This document shows, in pieces, positions 17,614-26,728 of a stretch of DNA of 35,209 nt (its first letter is position 1; each line of letters opens with the position of its first letter). The position numbers were made by a program, and so were the translations under genes. The notes beneath the pieces are model-generated. The model did no database searches and had not been told where the DNA came from. It saw only the letters and a list, made by a program, of their open reading frames with translations. The DNA lies in the IMG/VR virus record IMGVR_UViG_3300029825_000751, positions 1-35,209 of that record. One strand, 5' to 3'. This stretch comes from a virus (taxonomy: Duplodnaviria; Caudoviricetes).

Positions 17614-17723
17614 CGAAACTACTTTTTACCCGCTTCAGAAGGAAAAAGTGTATTAAGGGTTAGAACGATCGTTATAAGGGTTAATACACTTTTTGTTTTT
17701 TCCGCCCTACTGCCATTCCTTTG
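17614..17723. promoter_or_regulatory. Symmetric divergent late-promoter region
   Basis: A 14-bp perfect inverted repeat (17643-17656 / 17681-17694) and the palindrome AACGATCGTT (17664-17673) share one axis. Degenerate -7 boxes lie on both strands (17614-17621 minus, 17716-17723 plus), each centred 51 bp from the axis. Confidence 0.65.
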
Positions 17724-17743
17724 CCTGAAAATTATTAAGCGAC

Positions 17744-18706
17744 ATGGCGAAAGCAAAAACATTTGTTCTGAGTGATGAATCGATAAATACATTCGGATTC
17801 CGGGTACTAACATCCGGAGCGGATATTGAGCAGTTTAAGCGCAATCCGGTGATGTATCTTAATCACGATGACTATGGAACCCCTATCGGTCGATGGGAAA
17901 ACATAAGAATTGAGAACGGACAATTACTCGCGGATGCAGTATTCGATATGGAGGATGAAGAGGGAAAGAAGATTGCCGGCAAGGTTGACCGGGGCTTTTT
18001 GAAGATGGCATCTATCGGATTCCGGGCATTAGAGCGATCTGAAGAGACTAAGTTAATGCTCCCGGGACAACAATATCCGACAGTTACGAAATGGCGGCTG
18101 CGTGAAGCCTCGATTGTGGGCATCGGTTCAAATCATAATGCTATACGCCTGTACGATGAAAACGATCGGTTGCTTTCCGATGATGAAATACTGAGACTTT
18201 TCGATAAACCTAAACAGATAAATTTTGAACGAAAAATGAAAAAGGAAACATTAGCCCTTTTGTCACTCGCTGATACGGCAAGTGATATTGAACTGCATGA
18301 CGCGGTTCGCAAGATTCTTGACGAAAAAAAGAAACTGGAAGATGATAAAAAAGAATTGTCCGACAAGTTGAAAAAGATTGAAGATGATGCCAAAGCGGCA
18401 AAAAAAGCCGACGCGGTAAAGTTGACCGATGCAGCGATCAAAGCTGGCCGGTTGAATGCAAAAGCAAGGGAGGCAACGTTGAAGCAATTCGATAATGATT
18501 TCGAAGCAACGAAAACTATGCTGGAAGCTATCCCTTCGAGCGTGTCCTTAAAAGATGTACTAAAAGAAACGGATAAAACCGAGTTGCAAAAATTGTCCGA
18601 CATGACGTGGGATCAACTCGACAAAGGAAACAAACTGGCTGTGTTGAAAGACAAATATCCGGACTTGTATAAGGAGAAATTCGACGAACAATTCGGGCAA
18701 AAATAG
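17744..18706 (+). CDS. Prohead protease with C-terminal scaffold domain
   Basis: NPVMYLNHD, LKMASIGF and LREASIV motifs, then a charged coiled-coil region with an internal ATG (MKKETLALL). Confidence 0.85.
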   Translation: MAKAKTFVLSDESINTFGFRVLTSGADIEQFKRNPVMYLNHDDYGTPIGRWENIRIENGQLLADAVFDMEDEEGKKIAGKVDRGFLKMASIGFRALERSEETKLMLPGQQYPTVTKWRLREASIVGIGSNHNAIRLYDENDRLLSDDEILRLFDKPKQINFERKMKKETLALLSLADTASDIELHDAVRKILDEKKKLEDDKKELSDKLKKIEDDAKAAKKADAVKLTDAAIKAGRLNAKAREATLKQFDNDFEATKTMLEAIPSSVSLKDVLKETDKTELQKLSDMTWDQLDKGNKLAVLKDKYPDLYKEKFDEQFGQK

Positions 18707-18762
18707 TCTGCTAACTCGCGGTTATTAAACAAACATTTTAACAATAACAAACTTACTTAACG

Positions 18763-19818
18763 ATGAAGAAAATTTCAGCAATTATGTTTAACCTGCTTAT
18801 CGGTGTAATTTTAGCGACGGTAACAGGCGGCGGCCCTTTGGCCGCTGTGGGGATCGGCGGCGCATTGTCGCTCATTCCGAAACCATCAACAAATATTCTC
18901 CCCATGGCTATTCAAGTCGAAATATGGGAAAAGGATATAGTTGAGGGCCTTTGGGCAGATAACGCCTTTTTAAATTTTGCGTATAACGCAGATCAATATG
19001 TGCTGCAAGGCAAGGTGGTACATATACCGCAAGCGGGCGCTCCTGCAAATACGGTAGTAAATAGAACGGAATTGCCGGCAGCGGTTACACAGCGTGCAGA
19101 TGTAGATGTGACGTATGCTATCGACGAAATTACATCTGATCCTATCCTGATCCCTAATGCTGACACGATAGAGTTGTCGTATAACAAACGTACTTCGGTT
19201 ACCGAGCAGATGCGTAAAAACATGTACGAGGTGTCTGCTTTGAATATGCTCTACAGGTGGGGGCCTGATAAAGCGGAGCGTATATTGCGTACTTCCGGTG
19301 ATGCCGTTACGGCACATTTGCCGAGTGCAACCGGAAACCGTAAGTCTTTTAAACTTGTAGATGTCAAAAAGGCGCAAACGCAGATGAACAAAGATAACGT
19401 GCCGAGTGCGGATCGTTATCTGATGGTCGATGCGGAAATGTACGATCAGCTGACAAATGATATGACAGCAAATCAAAATCGAGACTTCCTTGCCGCATAC
19501 GACGAAAAAAATGGTATTCTCGGGCGTATTTACGGATTTAACGTAATTATGCGCGCGCAGGTATTGCGATATACCAACGCCGGAACACCCGCCAAAAAGC
19601 AATGGACAGGAAATGGGGCCGCTACCGATAATGCCGCCGCTTTGGCGTGGCAGAAACAAAGTGTCGAACGTGCATTAGGCGATGTAAAGTTCTTCGAGAA
19701 CATTGGCGATCCTACTTTTTATGGCGATATCTATTCGGCATTGATCCGTTTGGGTGGACGTATTCGCAGGGACGATGCCAAGGGGGTATTAGCTATTGTT
19801 CAGGATTCTGTAGCATAA
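18763..19818 (+). CDS. Major capsid protein (hydrophobic N-terminal leader; alternative start 18904)
   Basis: Follows protease/scaffold; VPSADRYLMVD and GILGRIYGFNV are typical of HK97-fold capsid proteins. Confidence 0.8.
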   Translation: MKKISAIMFNLLIGVILATVTGGGPLAAVGIGGALSLIPKPSTNILPMAIQVEIWEKDIVEGLWADNAFLNFAYNADQYVLQGKVVHIPQAGAPANTVVNRTELPAAVTQRADVDVTYAIDEITSDPILIPNADTIELSYNKRTSVTEQMRKNMYEVSALNMLYRWGPDKAERILRTSGDAVTAHLPSATGNRKSFKLVDVKKAQTQMNKDNVPSADRYLMVDAEMYDQLTNDMTANQNRDFLAAYDEKNGILGRIYGFNVIMRAQVLRYTNAGTPAKKQWTGNGAATDNAAALAWQKQSVERALGDVKFFENIGDPTFYGDIYSALIRLGGRIRRDDAKGVLAIVQDSVA

Positions 19819-19824
19819 TAGCAC

Positions 19825-20253
19825 ATGAAAACAAGCGACAACGGCATCAAACTGATTAAAGCGCATGAGGGCTTTGTCCCTCGCGCTTACCTTTGCCCGG
19901 CGGGCGTCTGGACGATCGGTTACGGACACACGGGCGGCGTTAAAAACGGTGATAGAGTGACCGAATCGCGGGCGGAAAACTTTCTGCGTGAGGATGTTCT
20001 CACGGCAGAAAATGCCGTGAATGCGACTGGCCTGAAGTTAACACAGAATCAGTATGATGCCCTTGTTTCGTTTGTGTTCAACGTCGGTACCGGGAATTTC
20101 AACCGTTCGAGCCTGCTTCGAATAGCAAAATCGAATCCGTCTGACCCGCGTATTCAATTTGAATTTTCCCGGTGGGTGTACGCTGATGGAAAGATTTTAC
20201 CGGGATTGGTTAAACGGCGTAAGGCGGAAGCTTCTTTATATTTTAAACAATGA
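19825..20253 (+). CDS. Endolysin, GH24 phage lysozyme
   Basis: HEG...AYLCPAGVWTIGYGHT, QYDALVSFVFNVG, LPGLVKRRKAE. Confidence 0.93.
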   Translation: MKTSDNGIKLIKAHEGFVPRAYLCPAGVWTIGYGHTGGVKNGDRVTESRAENFLREDVLTAENAVNATGLKLTQNQYDALVSFVFNVGTGNFNRSSLLRIAKSNPSDPRIQFEFSRWVYADGKILPGLVKRRKAEASLYFKQ

Positions 20254-20540
20254 CAGAAACAATAGTTACAGCCGTAGTAGGCATATTGACAAGTGTGGGC
20301 GGTTATTTTGTCGGCAGAAGGAAGCGGCAGAATGATTTTCTATCAGAATTGCAGGGGAGTATAGATATGCTTTCCGCTAAAAACGCGAAATTGCTTGAGG
20401 ATATTGTTGAACTGCGTATGCAAAATGCGGAACTTCTTGCAAGCGTAGCGTCTTTAAAGCTGCAAAACGAATCTCTTAAAAAAGAAATATCAGAATTGAA
20501 TGCAAGACTGGAAGAATTAAAAACGATGACGACAAAATGA
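20250..20540 (+). CDS. Holin-like single-TM protein with coiled coil
   Basis: N-terminal TM followed by GRRKR and a heptad coiled coil; lies inside the lysis cassette. Confidence 0.55.
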   Translation: MTETIVTAVVGILTSVGGYFVGRRKRQNDFLSELQGSIDMLSAKNAKLLEDIVELRMQNAELLASVASLKLQNESLKKEISELNARLEELKTMTTK

Positions 20541-20932
20541 AAAAATTTATCGGTATATTTTTGTTAGTTGTCATCCTGACGGGATGCAAGACACAAAAGG
20601 TATTCGTTCCTGTTGATCATGTTACAACCGAGTATCGCGATCGATACAAACTCGACAGTATCTACTATCGAGATACGATAGAGATTACCAATGCAGGGGA
20701 TACAATTTTTAAAAATGTCATCCGGTGGCGTGAGCGGTTTATAAGGGATACGGTATATCAGTCTCGCACTGATAGCATTCCGGTTATCATTGAAGTTGAA
20801 AAGGAAATCCCCGTAAACTACTTAACGAAATGGCAAACGATTCGGATATGGATCGGAAACATTATACTTATTATTCTTGCCGCACTTGTCGGTTGGAAAC
20901 TGATTAAACTGTATTTAAAACTCAAAAAATAA
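20537..20932 (+). CDS. Candidate unimolecular spanin
   Basis: N-terminal lipobox (ILTG-C), beta-rich middle, C-terminal TM (IWIGNIILIILAALVGW); lies inside the lysis cassette. Confidence 0.6.
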   Translation: MKKFIGIFLLVVILTGCKTQKVFVPVDHVTTEYRDRYKLDSIYYRDTIEITNAGDTIFKNVIRWRERFIRDTVYQSRTDSIPVIIEVEKEIPVNYLTKWQTIRIWIGNIILIILAALVGWKLIKLYLKLKK

Positions 20933-20937
20933 AAATT

Positions 20938-21447
20938 ATGGCAGAAAAAACAATTGCAAAACTTCGGGTTGTCGAAACTGAGTTTGCCGATCCGATCGCT
21001 AACGAGGCGGGAATCGCTACCGCTATATGGGCGAAACAGCCCTTAACATATAGGGAAGATGCTGTTGAAATCGTACAAGGGGAGCCGGAGGAAGAACCAT
21101 TATACTCTCATGAGAACGATGCACCTGAGGACGTAGATTATGCAGGCACCGGAGTGTCTGCAACAGGCTCTTTTATTAAAGCTACACGCGAGCAGATGGT
21201 GGGTCTTATGGGCGGTAGTGTAGTCGGTGAAGGCGAAGCTGCACAGTATGCGCATCCTGCAAGTCTTTTAACTCTTAACAAGGCTATTCGTTTTACTTGC
21301 AAGGACGGGTCTAAAGTGATTATCCCTAACGCAAAAGGGTATGTCCTCTTGAACTTGAATATAGGTAAGGGCGGTTTGGGTAAATTTCCTTTTAGATTTA
21401 ATTGCCAAGCCGCATCTCCCGATTGGAAATGTGATATTTTGCTTTAA
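20938..21447 (+). CDS. Probable major tail tube protein
   Basis: 169-aa acidic, beta-rich ORF upstream of the chaperone pair and tape measure. Confidence 0.6.
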   Translation: MAEKTIAKLRVVETEFADPIANEAGIATAIWAKQPLTYREDAVEIVQGEPEEEPLYSHENDAPEDVDYAGTGVSATGSFIKATREQMVGLMGGSVVGEGEAAQYAHPASLLTLNKAIRFTCKDGSKVIIPNAKGYVLLNLNIGKGGLGKFPFRFNCQAASPDWKCDILL

Positions 21448-21448
21448 T

Positions 21449-21910
21449 ATGGATGCACGGTTAAAAGCGGCAAACGCAATATTGGAAAGGGGCGTGCGGT
21501 TTAGGCTGCCCGCCCCTTTTTACAAGCGATGGCTGAAAAAAGATTACGTAACAATCCGTCACCTGAAAGCGGGCACCATCTTGGAGATTTCGAGCGTGGT
21601 ATTGAATTCGAAATTAGAGGAAGCCATTACACTTGGTGATTATGAGTTCCTGCATAAAGCTATCGAACCTTGTGCCCGGTGTATTGCTATCGCGATTTTG
21701 AATGATAAGCGCGATATCGAAAAGAAAGCAGGGAGGCTTACGAAACGGCTTTTGTGGAAGGTTAGCGATGAAAGCATGATTGATATTTTCCTGAAAATAT
21801 CAATCATGAATCGCGTATCGGATTTTACGATTATTACCAGATACCTGTTGAATCAGATGATGACGATGATGAGCAGGAAGAATTTGGGGCAAGTGGACGA
21901 CGGGAGTTAA
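21449..21910 (+). CDS. Tail assembly chaperone (gpG-like)
   Basis: ATG at 21449 right after the tube gene stop; lies between tube and tape measure. Confidence 0.6.
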   Translation: MDARLKAANAILERGVRFRLPAPFYKRWLKKDYVTIRHLKAGTILEISSVVLNSKLEEAITLGDYEFLHKAIEPCARCIAIAILNDKRDIEKKAGRLTKRLLWKVSDESMIDIFLKISIMNRVSDFTIITRYLLNQMMTMMSRKNLGQVDDGS

Positions 21911-21918
21911 AAGGCCGG

Positions 21919-22116
21919 ATGACAGGCCTGCATAGCCCGTGGGGATTATTGGGCGAGATAATGAAGGAACGCGGATATACGCATGATTATGTTTTATGGG
22001 GTGTTTCCTGGATAAATTTATTGATGGAGCGGGCCGATGCTCCGAGATATACAAAAAAACAGTTTGCACCTTTCGTGGATGGGGCAGGCGGATTAAAACA
22101 ACGATTAAGACGATAA
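21919..22116 (+). CDS. Tail assembly chaperone extension (gpT-like), probably reached by -1 frameshift
   Basis: In the -1 frame relative to 21449-21910, and open upstream across that gene's stop. Confidence 0.55.
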   Translation: MTGLHSPWGLLGEIMKERGYTHDYVLWGVSWINLLMERADAPRYTKKQFAPFVDGAGGLKQRLRR

Positions 22117-22120
22117 CGGT

Positions 22121-25100
22121 ATGGCAGAGGAACCGGTTGAAATAGATATTAATTTACGGCAAAACGTCGATACGGAAGCGGACAAAGCTTCCGAGGCGAT
22201 TGCGCGGCTTACGGCAGAAAGCAATCGTGCACAGGAGAATGCTTCGCGGATGATTATCGTGCAGCGGGATGTAGTCGCCCGGCTGAAAACAGAGATTGAA
22301 TCGCTGCAAAAGTCGTTTAGTAATATCTCTGTCGATACCGGCGATGAAAAGGCGGTAAAATGGCGGCAGGAAACGTACCAGCAAATTCGTTCGCTCAATA
22401 TCGAATTGACAAAGCAGGAAGGCATTCTCTCCGAACTGGAAACAAGAAATAGTGCGCTCGGGGAAACAAAAGCAAAGCTTATCGGAGAAATAGAGGGGGT
22501 TGGTACTGCAATGAAAAATCTTACTGCCTTGGGACGCAATGAGAGCGAGCAATACAAAGAATTGGAAGCGCAACTCGGGACACTCGCGGATGCGTATCTT
22601 TCCGTTCAGGATGAGCAGGATAAGATTGTTGAGGCCCGTGTGAATCTTGAATCGTTTTCCGATTCTTTAAACGGTGTGTCGGATTCGATTCAAAACGGCG
22701 TTAAGGAATTCGGAACTGCGTCGGATAAGACGTCGGAATTTACGGATAGCCTCGAGGCGGTCGGCAAAGCGCAGGCGGTTGTCGAAGCCGGGCAAAAAAC
22801 AGTTAACGATACTGTTAAAGAGACGGCACAAGCTACCCGTAGCGCCTCGCAAGAAACGCAGAGATGGTCTGCATTAAATCAAATTCTTGCTAAAACATTC
22901 AATATTTCCAATGCCGCCGCGCAGCGGTTGATTTCAACCCTGTCGCTTGGATTAGGTGTTGCAATATCCTTTGTGACAAAATTAATTCAAAAGCAAATAG
23001 AGAAATGGCAAGAAACAAAACGCGAACTCGAAGAATATAATAAAGCGACCGCCTCAAATGCTGCGTCTCAAACTGCAAACTATGAAAAACTACGCTCATC
23101 ATACAATAAGCTGGGCGATGATGTTAAATCGAAAGAGAAATTTATACGCGATAATCAAACTGCTTTTAATCAGCTTGGCGTTGCGATAAATGATGTGAAT
23201 TCTGCTGATAATCTATTTATATCACAAACCGAAGCCTTTAAGTCTGCTATTGAGCAGCGTGCAAGAGCCGCTGCGGCTATGGATATGGCAACGGAAAAAT
23301 ATAAATCCGCCATGCAAAAACAATCGCAAGCCGATGAACGGGAAAAGAATCCTAACGCTTGGGAGCAGCTATCGACGGTATCTGATTTTTATGATCGAGA
23401 CGGCAAACAAGTTTTACGCAATAAGGGGGCTGTATCTTCTGCGGATAAAATACGTGAACAAGCACGAAAAGAAGAACAGGCTGCTAACGATTATGTTAAT
23501 CAGTCTGTGTCTTCACAGAAAAAGGCTGCGGAACAATTGAAAAACGCTAATATCGATGCCGCAAATGAACTAAAAGAAGGGACAAGGGTCTGGTGGAAAT
23601 GGCAAAAGGAAATTGCCCAGTCTCGATTGGATGCTTTGAAAGATACGGATAAGAACTCGGCAGAGTGGAATAAGTTGTCGGATGAAATCCTGACGGCGGA
23701 TAAGATGATTAAAACCTTTGATATAACCGGATCGGATAAAAAGTCGTCAACTGTAGCTAAAAAGAAAGAGACGGCTGAGCAAAAGCTACAAAAAATGGAA
23801 GTTGACATTCAAAAGGAGATTAATGCTTCCGTTGTGGCCGCTATGCAGGAAGGGCGAGACAAAAAGCTTGCAGAGTTGGAGGCTGATTATAATGCCCGTA
23901 AGGCTCTTATTCAGCAACGACAGAGTGAGATCGAACAACTTGAAAAAGATACCGGCGTCGATGGATCAACACAAAAAGCCGCATTGGACAAACTTTCTGA
24001 GAGCGAAACAAAGAAGTATAATGCACAGATTAAAGTTATAACAGACGGCTCCCAAAAGGCCCTTTCGGAAATTTGGAACGAAGTTAACTCGCGCTTTCGC
24101 ACTGAAACCCAAAATCGATTAAATGAAATAGATCTATTTTATAAAGAGCAAATCAAAAAAGCAAAAGAAAATGGGGCTACGCAGGAGCAACTCGATAACC
24201 TTTCCGTTTCCCATACCCGGGATATCGCACTCGAAAATCAGCAAATCGCCCTTGAGACGCTCGAATTTGCTTCACAGGTTGATATACGCCGTGCCCATAT
24301 ACAGGATAAACGCGTTTTGTTTGAGACGGATCGGGAAGAGAAAATATTAAAAATACAACTTGATTCAGCAAAGAAACGGCTTGCGAAGTTGGAGGACCTG
24401 CAATCTTCCGGAGTTGATTCCGGTAAGGATATCGAAGTCGCCAAAGTTGAGATCGAGGGGTTAAATGCAGAACTAAATAAAATGCCATCAAAGAAAATAG
24501 CTGAGGTGGCTGATAAGTTGCAACAGGCGTTCTCGGGAGTAGGAGACTTTGCAAGTGTTTTTGACGAAGATTTGGGTACCTTGTTTGATATGGCTTCCTC
24601 TGCGGCTGGAGGTATAGCCGATATCGCTTCCGGTAATTATATCCAGGGCGCACAAAAGCTACTGTCGACGGTTGGCAAAATTATAAATGCCAACAAGCAG
24701 GCAAATGAGGAGATTCGAAAGTTTAACCTCGATCTTGCGCAGCAGGCTATTGATTACAGCTTGGCTGTAATACGCGCTATTAAAGATGTAAAGAGTGAGA
24801 CGGATTCGATCTTTATCGATGATAGCACCAATACGCTCACGCAAGGCATGTCCGGTTATAACGCTGCAATTGAAAAGCAGTCCGAATTAATGAATCAGCT
24901 GGGAGATGCAACAGTTAAGACGGGTGTTAAAAAGAAGAAGTTTTTAGGAATAACTTATGGCACGAAGGACGTGTATTCTAATCTACTGAAATCTTATCCC
25001 AAATTAATCGATAAGGACGGGGCATTGAACCGGGAACTCGCCGAAACGCTGCAAGCTTCCGGCAATCTGAACGGTGAAACGCAAAAACTAATTGATAATA

Positions 25101-25774
25101 TTTTACAGGCACAGGATGCCGCCAACGAGGCGATGCAGGCCGTGGAAAGCAAACTACAAAGCCTTGTTGGTTCTATCGGAACACAATTAAAAGATGTGCT
25201 TGATGATGCGTTTGCGTCCGGTACGGATTCGGCAAAGGCTATGAGGAATAACGTTATCGATATGCTTAAAAGCATTAATACGCAAAATCTTTTTAATGCT
25301 GTATTCGGATCATTGTTCGCCAACCTCGAAGGACGAATGAAAGAAAGCTACGGCGAGGGCGGAGACCGAAATATATCGGACGATCTCGAGTGGTTCATGG
25401 GTGAATATCCTGAACTGGTCGGAGACTATAATAAAGGATTACAAGAACTTCAAAAAGCGATAAAGGAACAATATGGCGTCGATGCATTTGAGGCGGAAAG
25501 TACCCGCACGGCGGTGAATAAAGGTATCGCACAGGCGTCGCAGGACTCGTTTGATGAATTTAGCGGCCGTATGACTTTCCTCGTCATGAAAGTCTCCGGA
25601 ATCGGGACGATTAATACGTCTATACTCGATACGAATCGTGAGCAGTATGCAATTATGCAAGCGATGTTGAGCCATCTGGAAACGATATCGGAAAACAGCG
25701 AGTTTCTAAGAAATTTGAAGAATATTAAAGAAGACATCGCTAAGATGAGAGAGGGGATAATTCTAAAACGATGA
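22121..25774 (+). CDS. Tail tape measure protein
   Basis: 1217 aa, Ala/Gln/Glu/Lys-rich helical protein in the canonical position. Confidence 0.88.
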   Translation: MAEEPVEIDINLRQNVDTEADKASEAIARLTAESNRAQENASRMIIVQRDVVARLKTEIESLQKSFSNISVDTGDEKAVKWRQETYQQIRSLNIELTKQEGILSELETRNSALGETKAKLIGEIEGVGTAMKNLTALGRNESEQYKELEAQLGTLADAYLSVQDEQDKIVEARVNLESFSDSLNGVSDSIQNGVKEFGTASDKTSEFTDSLEAVGKAQAVVEAGQKTVNDTVKETAQATRSASQETQRWSALNQILAKTFNISNAAAQRLISTLSLGLGVAISFVTKLIQKQIEKWQETKRELEEYNKATASNAASQTANYEKLRSSYNKLGDDVKSKEKFIRDNQTAFNQLGVAINDVNSADNLFISQTEAFKSAIEQRARAAAAMDMATEKYKSAMQKQSQADEREKNPNAWEQLSTVSDFYDRDGKQVLRNKGAVSSADKIREQARKEEQAANDYVNQSVSSQKKAAEQLKNANIDAANELKEGTRVWWKWQKEIAQSRLDALKDTDKNSAEWNKLSDEILTADKMIKTFDITGSDKKSSTVAKKKETAEQKLQKMEVDIQKEINASVVAAMQEGRDKKLAELEADYNARKALIQQRQSEIEQLEKDTGVDGSTQKAALDKLSESETKKYNAQIKVITDGSQKALSEIWNEVNSRFRTETQNRLNEIDLFYKEQIKKAKENGATQEQLDNLSVSHTRDIALENQQIALETLEFASQVDIRRAHIQDKRVLFETDREEKILKIQLDSAKKRLAKLEDLQSSGVDSGKDIEVAKVEIEGLNAELNKMPSKKIAEVADKLQQAFSGVGDFASVFDEDLGTLFDMASSAAGGIADIASGNYIQGAQKLLSTVGKIINANKQANEEIRKFNLDLAQQAIDYSLAVIRAIKDVKSETDSIFIDDSTNTLTQGMSGYNAAIEKQSELMNQLGDATVKTGVKKKKFLGITYGTKDVYSNLLKSYPKLIDKDGALNRELAETLQASGNLNGETQKLIDNILQAQDAANEAMQAVESKLQSLVGSIGTQLKDVLDDAFASGTDSAKAMRNNVIDMLKSINTQNLFNAVFGSLFANLEGRMKESYGEGGDRNISDDLEWFMGEYPELVGDYNKGLQELQKAIKEQYGVDAFEAESTRTAVNKGIAQASQDSFDEFSGRMTFLVMKVSGIGTINTSILDTNREQYAIMQAMLSHLETISENSEFLRNLKNIKEDIAKMREGIILKR

Positions 25775-26724
25775 TAGCAGGTAGTTGTATAGTTGACGGT
25801 ACCGATATCGGCACCTTGGGGGCGTTTATCGAACAGGACGGGTCGGATGATTTCCTTTCGTTCCCAGATCGTCGTACGCCTGATCAAAATGATTGGGCGG
25901 AGCACGACGGGTTGGATGTTGATTTATCTGATTTATCTTTTGACGCAAAAAAAGTGACAGTGAACTACGTGATGATTGCCAATGATGAAACAACGTTTAA
26001 ACGGAACTTAAATGCCTTTAAAACGATGCATTTTGCTACCGGTTACCGATCTGTTTTTGTAAAAGAATTTAACCGGACATTCCATCTGCGTTTTGTAGGA
26101 TTTGCGAATTATTCTCATAAGGGCGGTCTTGCGAAGTCCGGCAAAAAGACGGGAAAAATCACAGTCGAGTATAACATGGATGATCCGTTGCAGTTTTTTA
26201 CCCCCGCTATCGATACGCCTATTTCAACGCGGACAACATTGTCGTACGTGACACTTAACGGCATTGACCTGTCACGATTCGGGATTGTTGTCCGTGATAT
26301 CTACTCGACTGTACTGCGCCCTCATTCGGCAAAAGCACGTTTGGAACGAAAAATAAATGATGTAAGCGGAGTGATAGCTGATACCGGTATTATACCATCG
26401 AGGCAGGGTCGGCAGATCACGATTGAGTGTGTTATGATGGCTGGAACATTATCGGAGTTTATGACTAACTACAACGCGCTGTTTAATAATCTTCGAATTA
26501 TAAAACCTGTGAAACTTGGAATAACCCGTACTGCTACTATGATACAATGTTATTATTCAAAGATGTCCGGTTTAAAAAAAGAAACACCTTTCTCCAGAAA
26601 GATAAAAATGAGCTTTAATCTGATTTTACAAGAGGTGACACTTATGCAGTTGTTGCGCTTGTTATCTTCGCAGCGAGGGTTAATAGTGACGGAAGATTAT
26701 AATTATATCGAATTGAATTATTAA
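25771..26724 (+). CDS. Distal tail (Dit-like) protein
   Basis: Directly after the tape measure; two internally similar halves (VDGTDIGTLG / LNGIDLSRFG). Confidence 0.6.
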   Translation: MIAGSCIVDGTDIGTLGAFIEQDGSDDFLSFPDRRTPDQNDWAEHDGLDVDLSDLSFDAKKVTVNYVMIANDETTFKRNLNAFKTMHFATGYRSVFVKEFNRTFHLRFVGFANYSHKGGLAKSGKKTGKITVEYNMDDPLQFFTPAIDTPISTRTTLSYVTLNGIDLSRFGIVVRDIYSTVLRPHSAKARLERKINDVSGVIADTGIIPSRQGRQITIECVMMAGTLSEFMTNYNALFNNLRIIKPVKLGITRTATMIQCYYSKMSGLKKETPFSRKIKMSFNLILQEVTLMQLLRLLSSQRGLIVTEDYNYIELNY

Positions 26725-26728
26725 ATAT

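Noticed and set aside
17643-17694. Invertible promoter segment
   Set aside because: Only 24 bp lie between the repeats, the interior is nearly symmetric, and no invertase is encoded.
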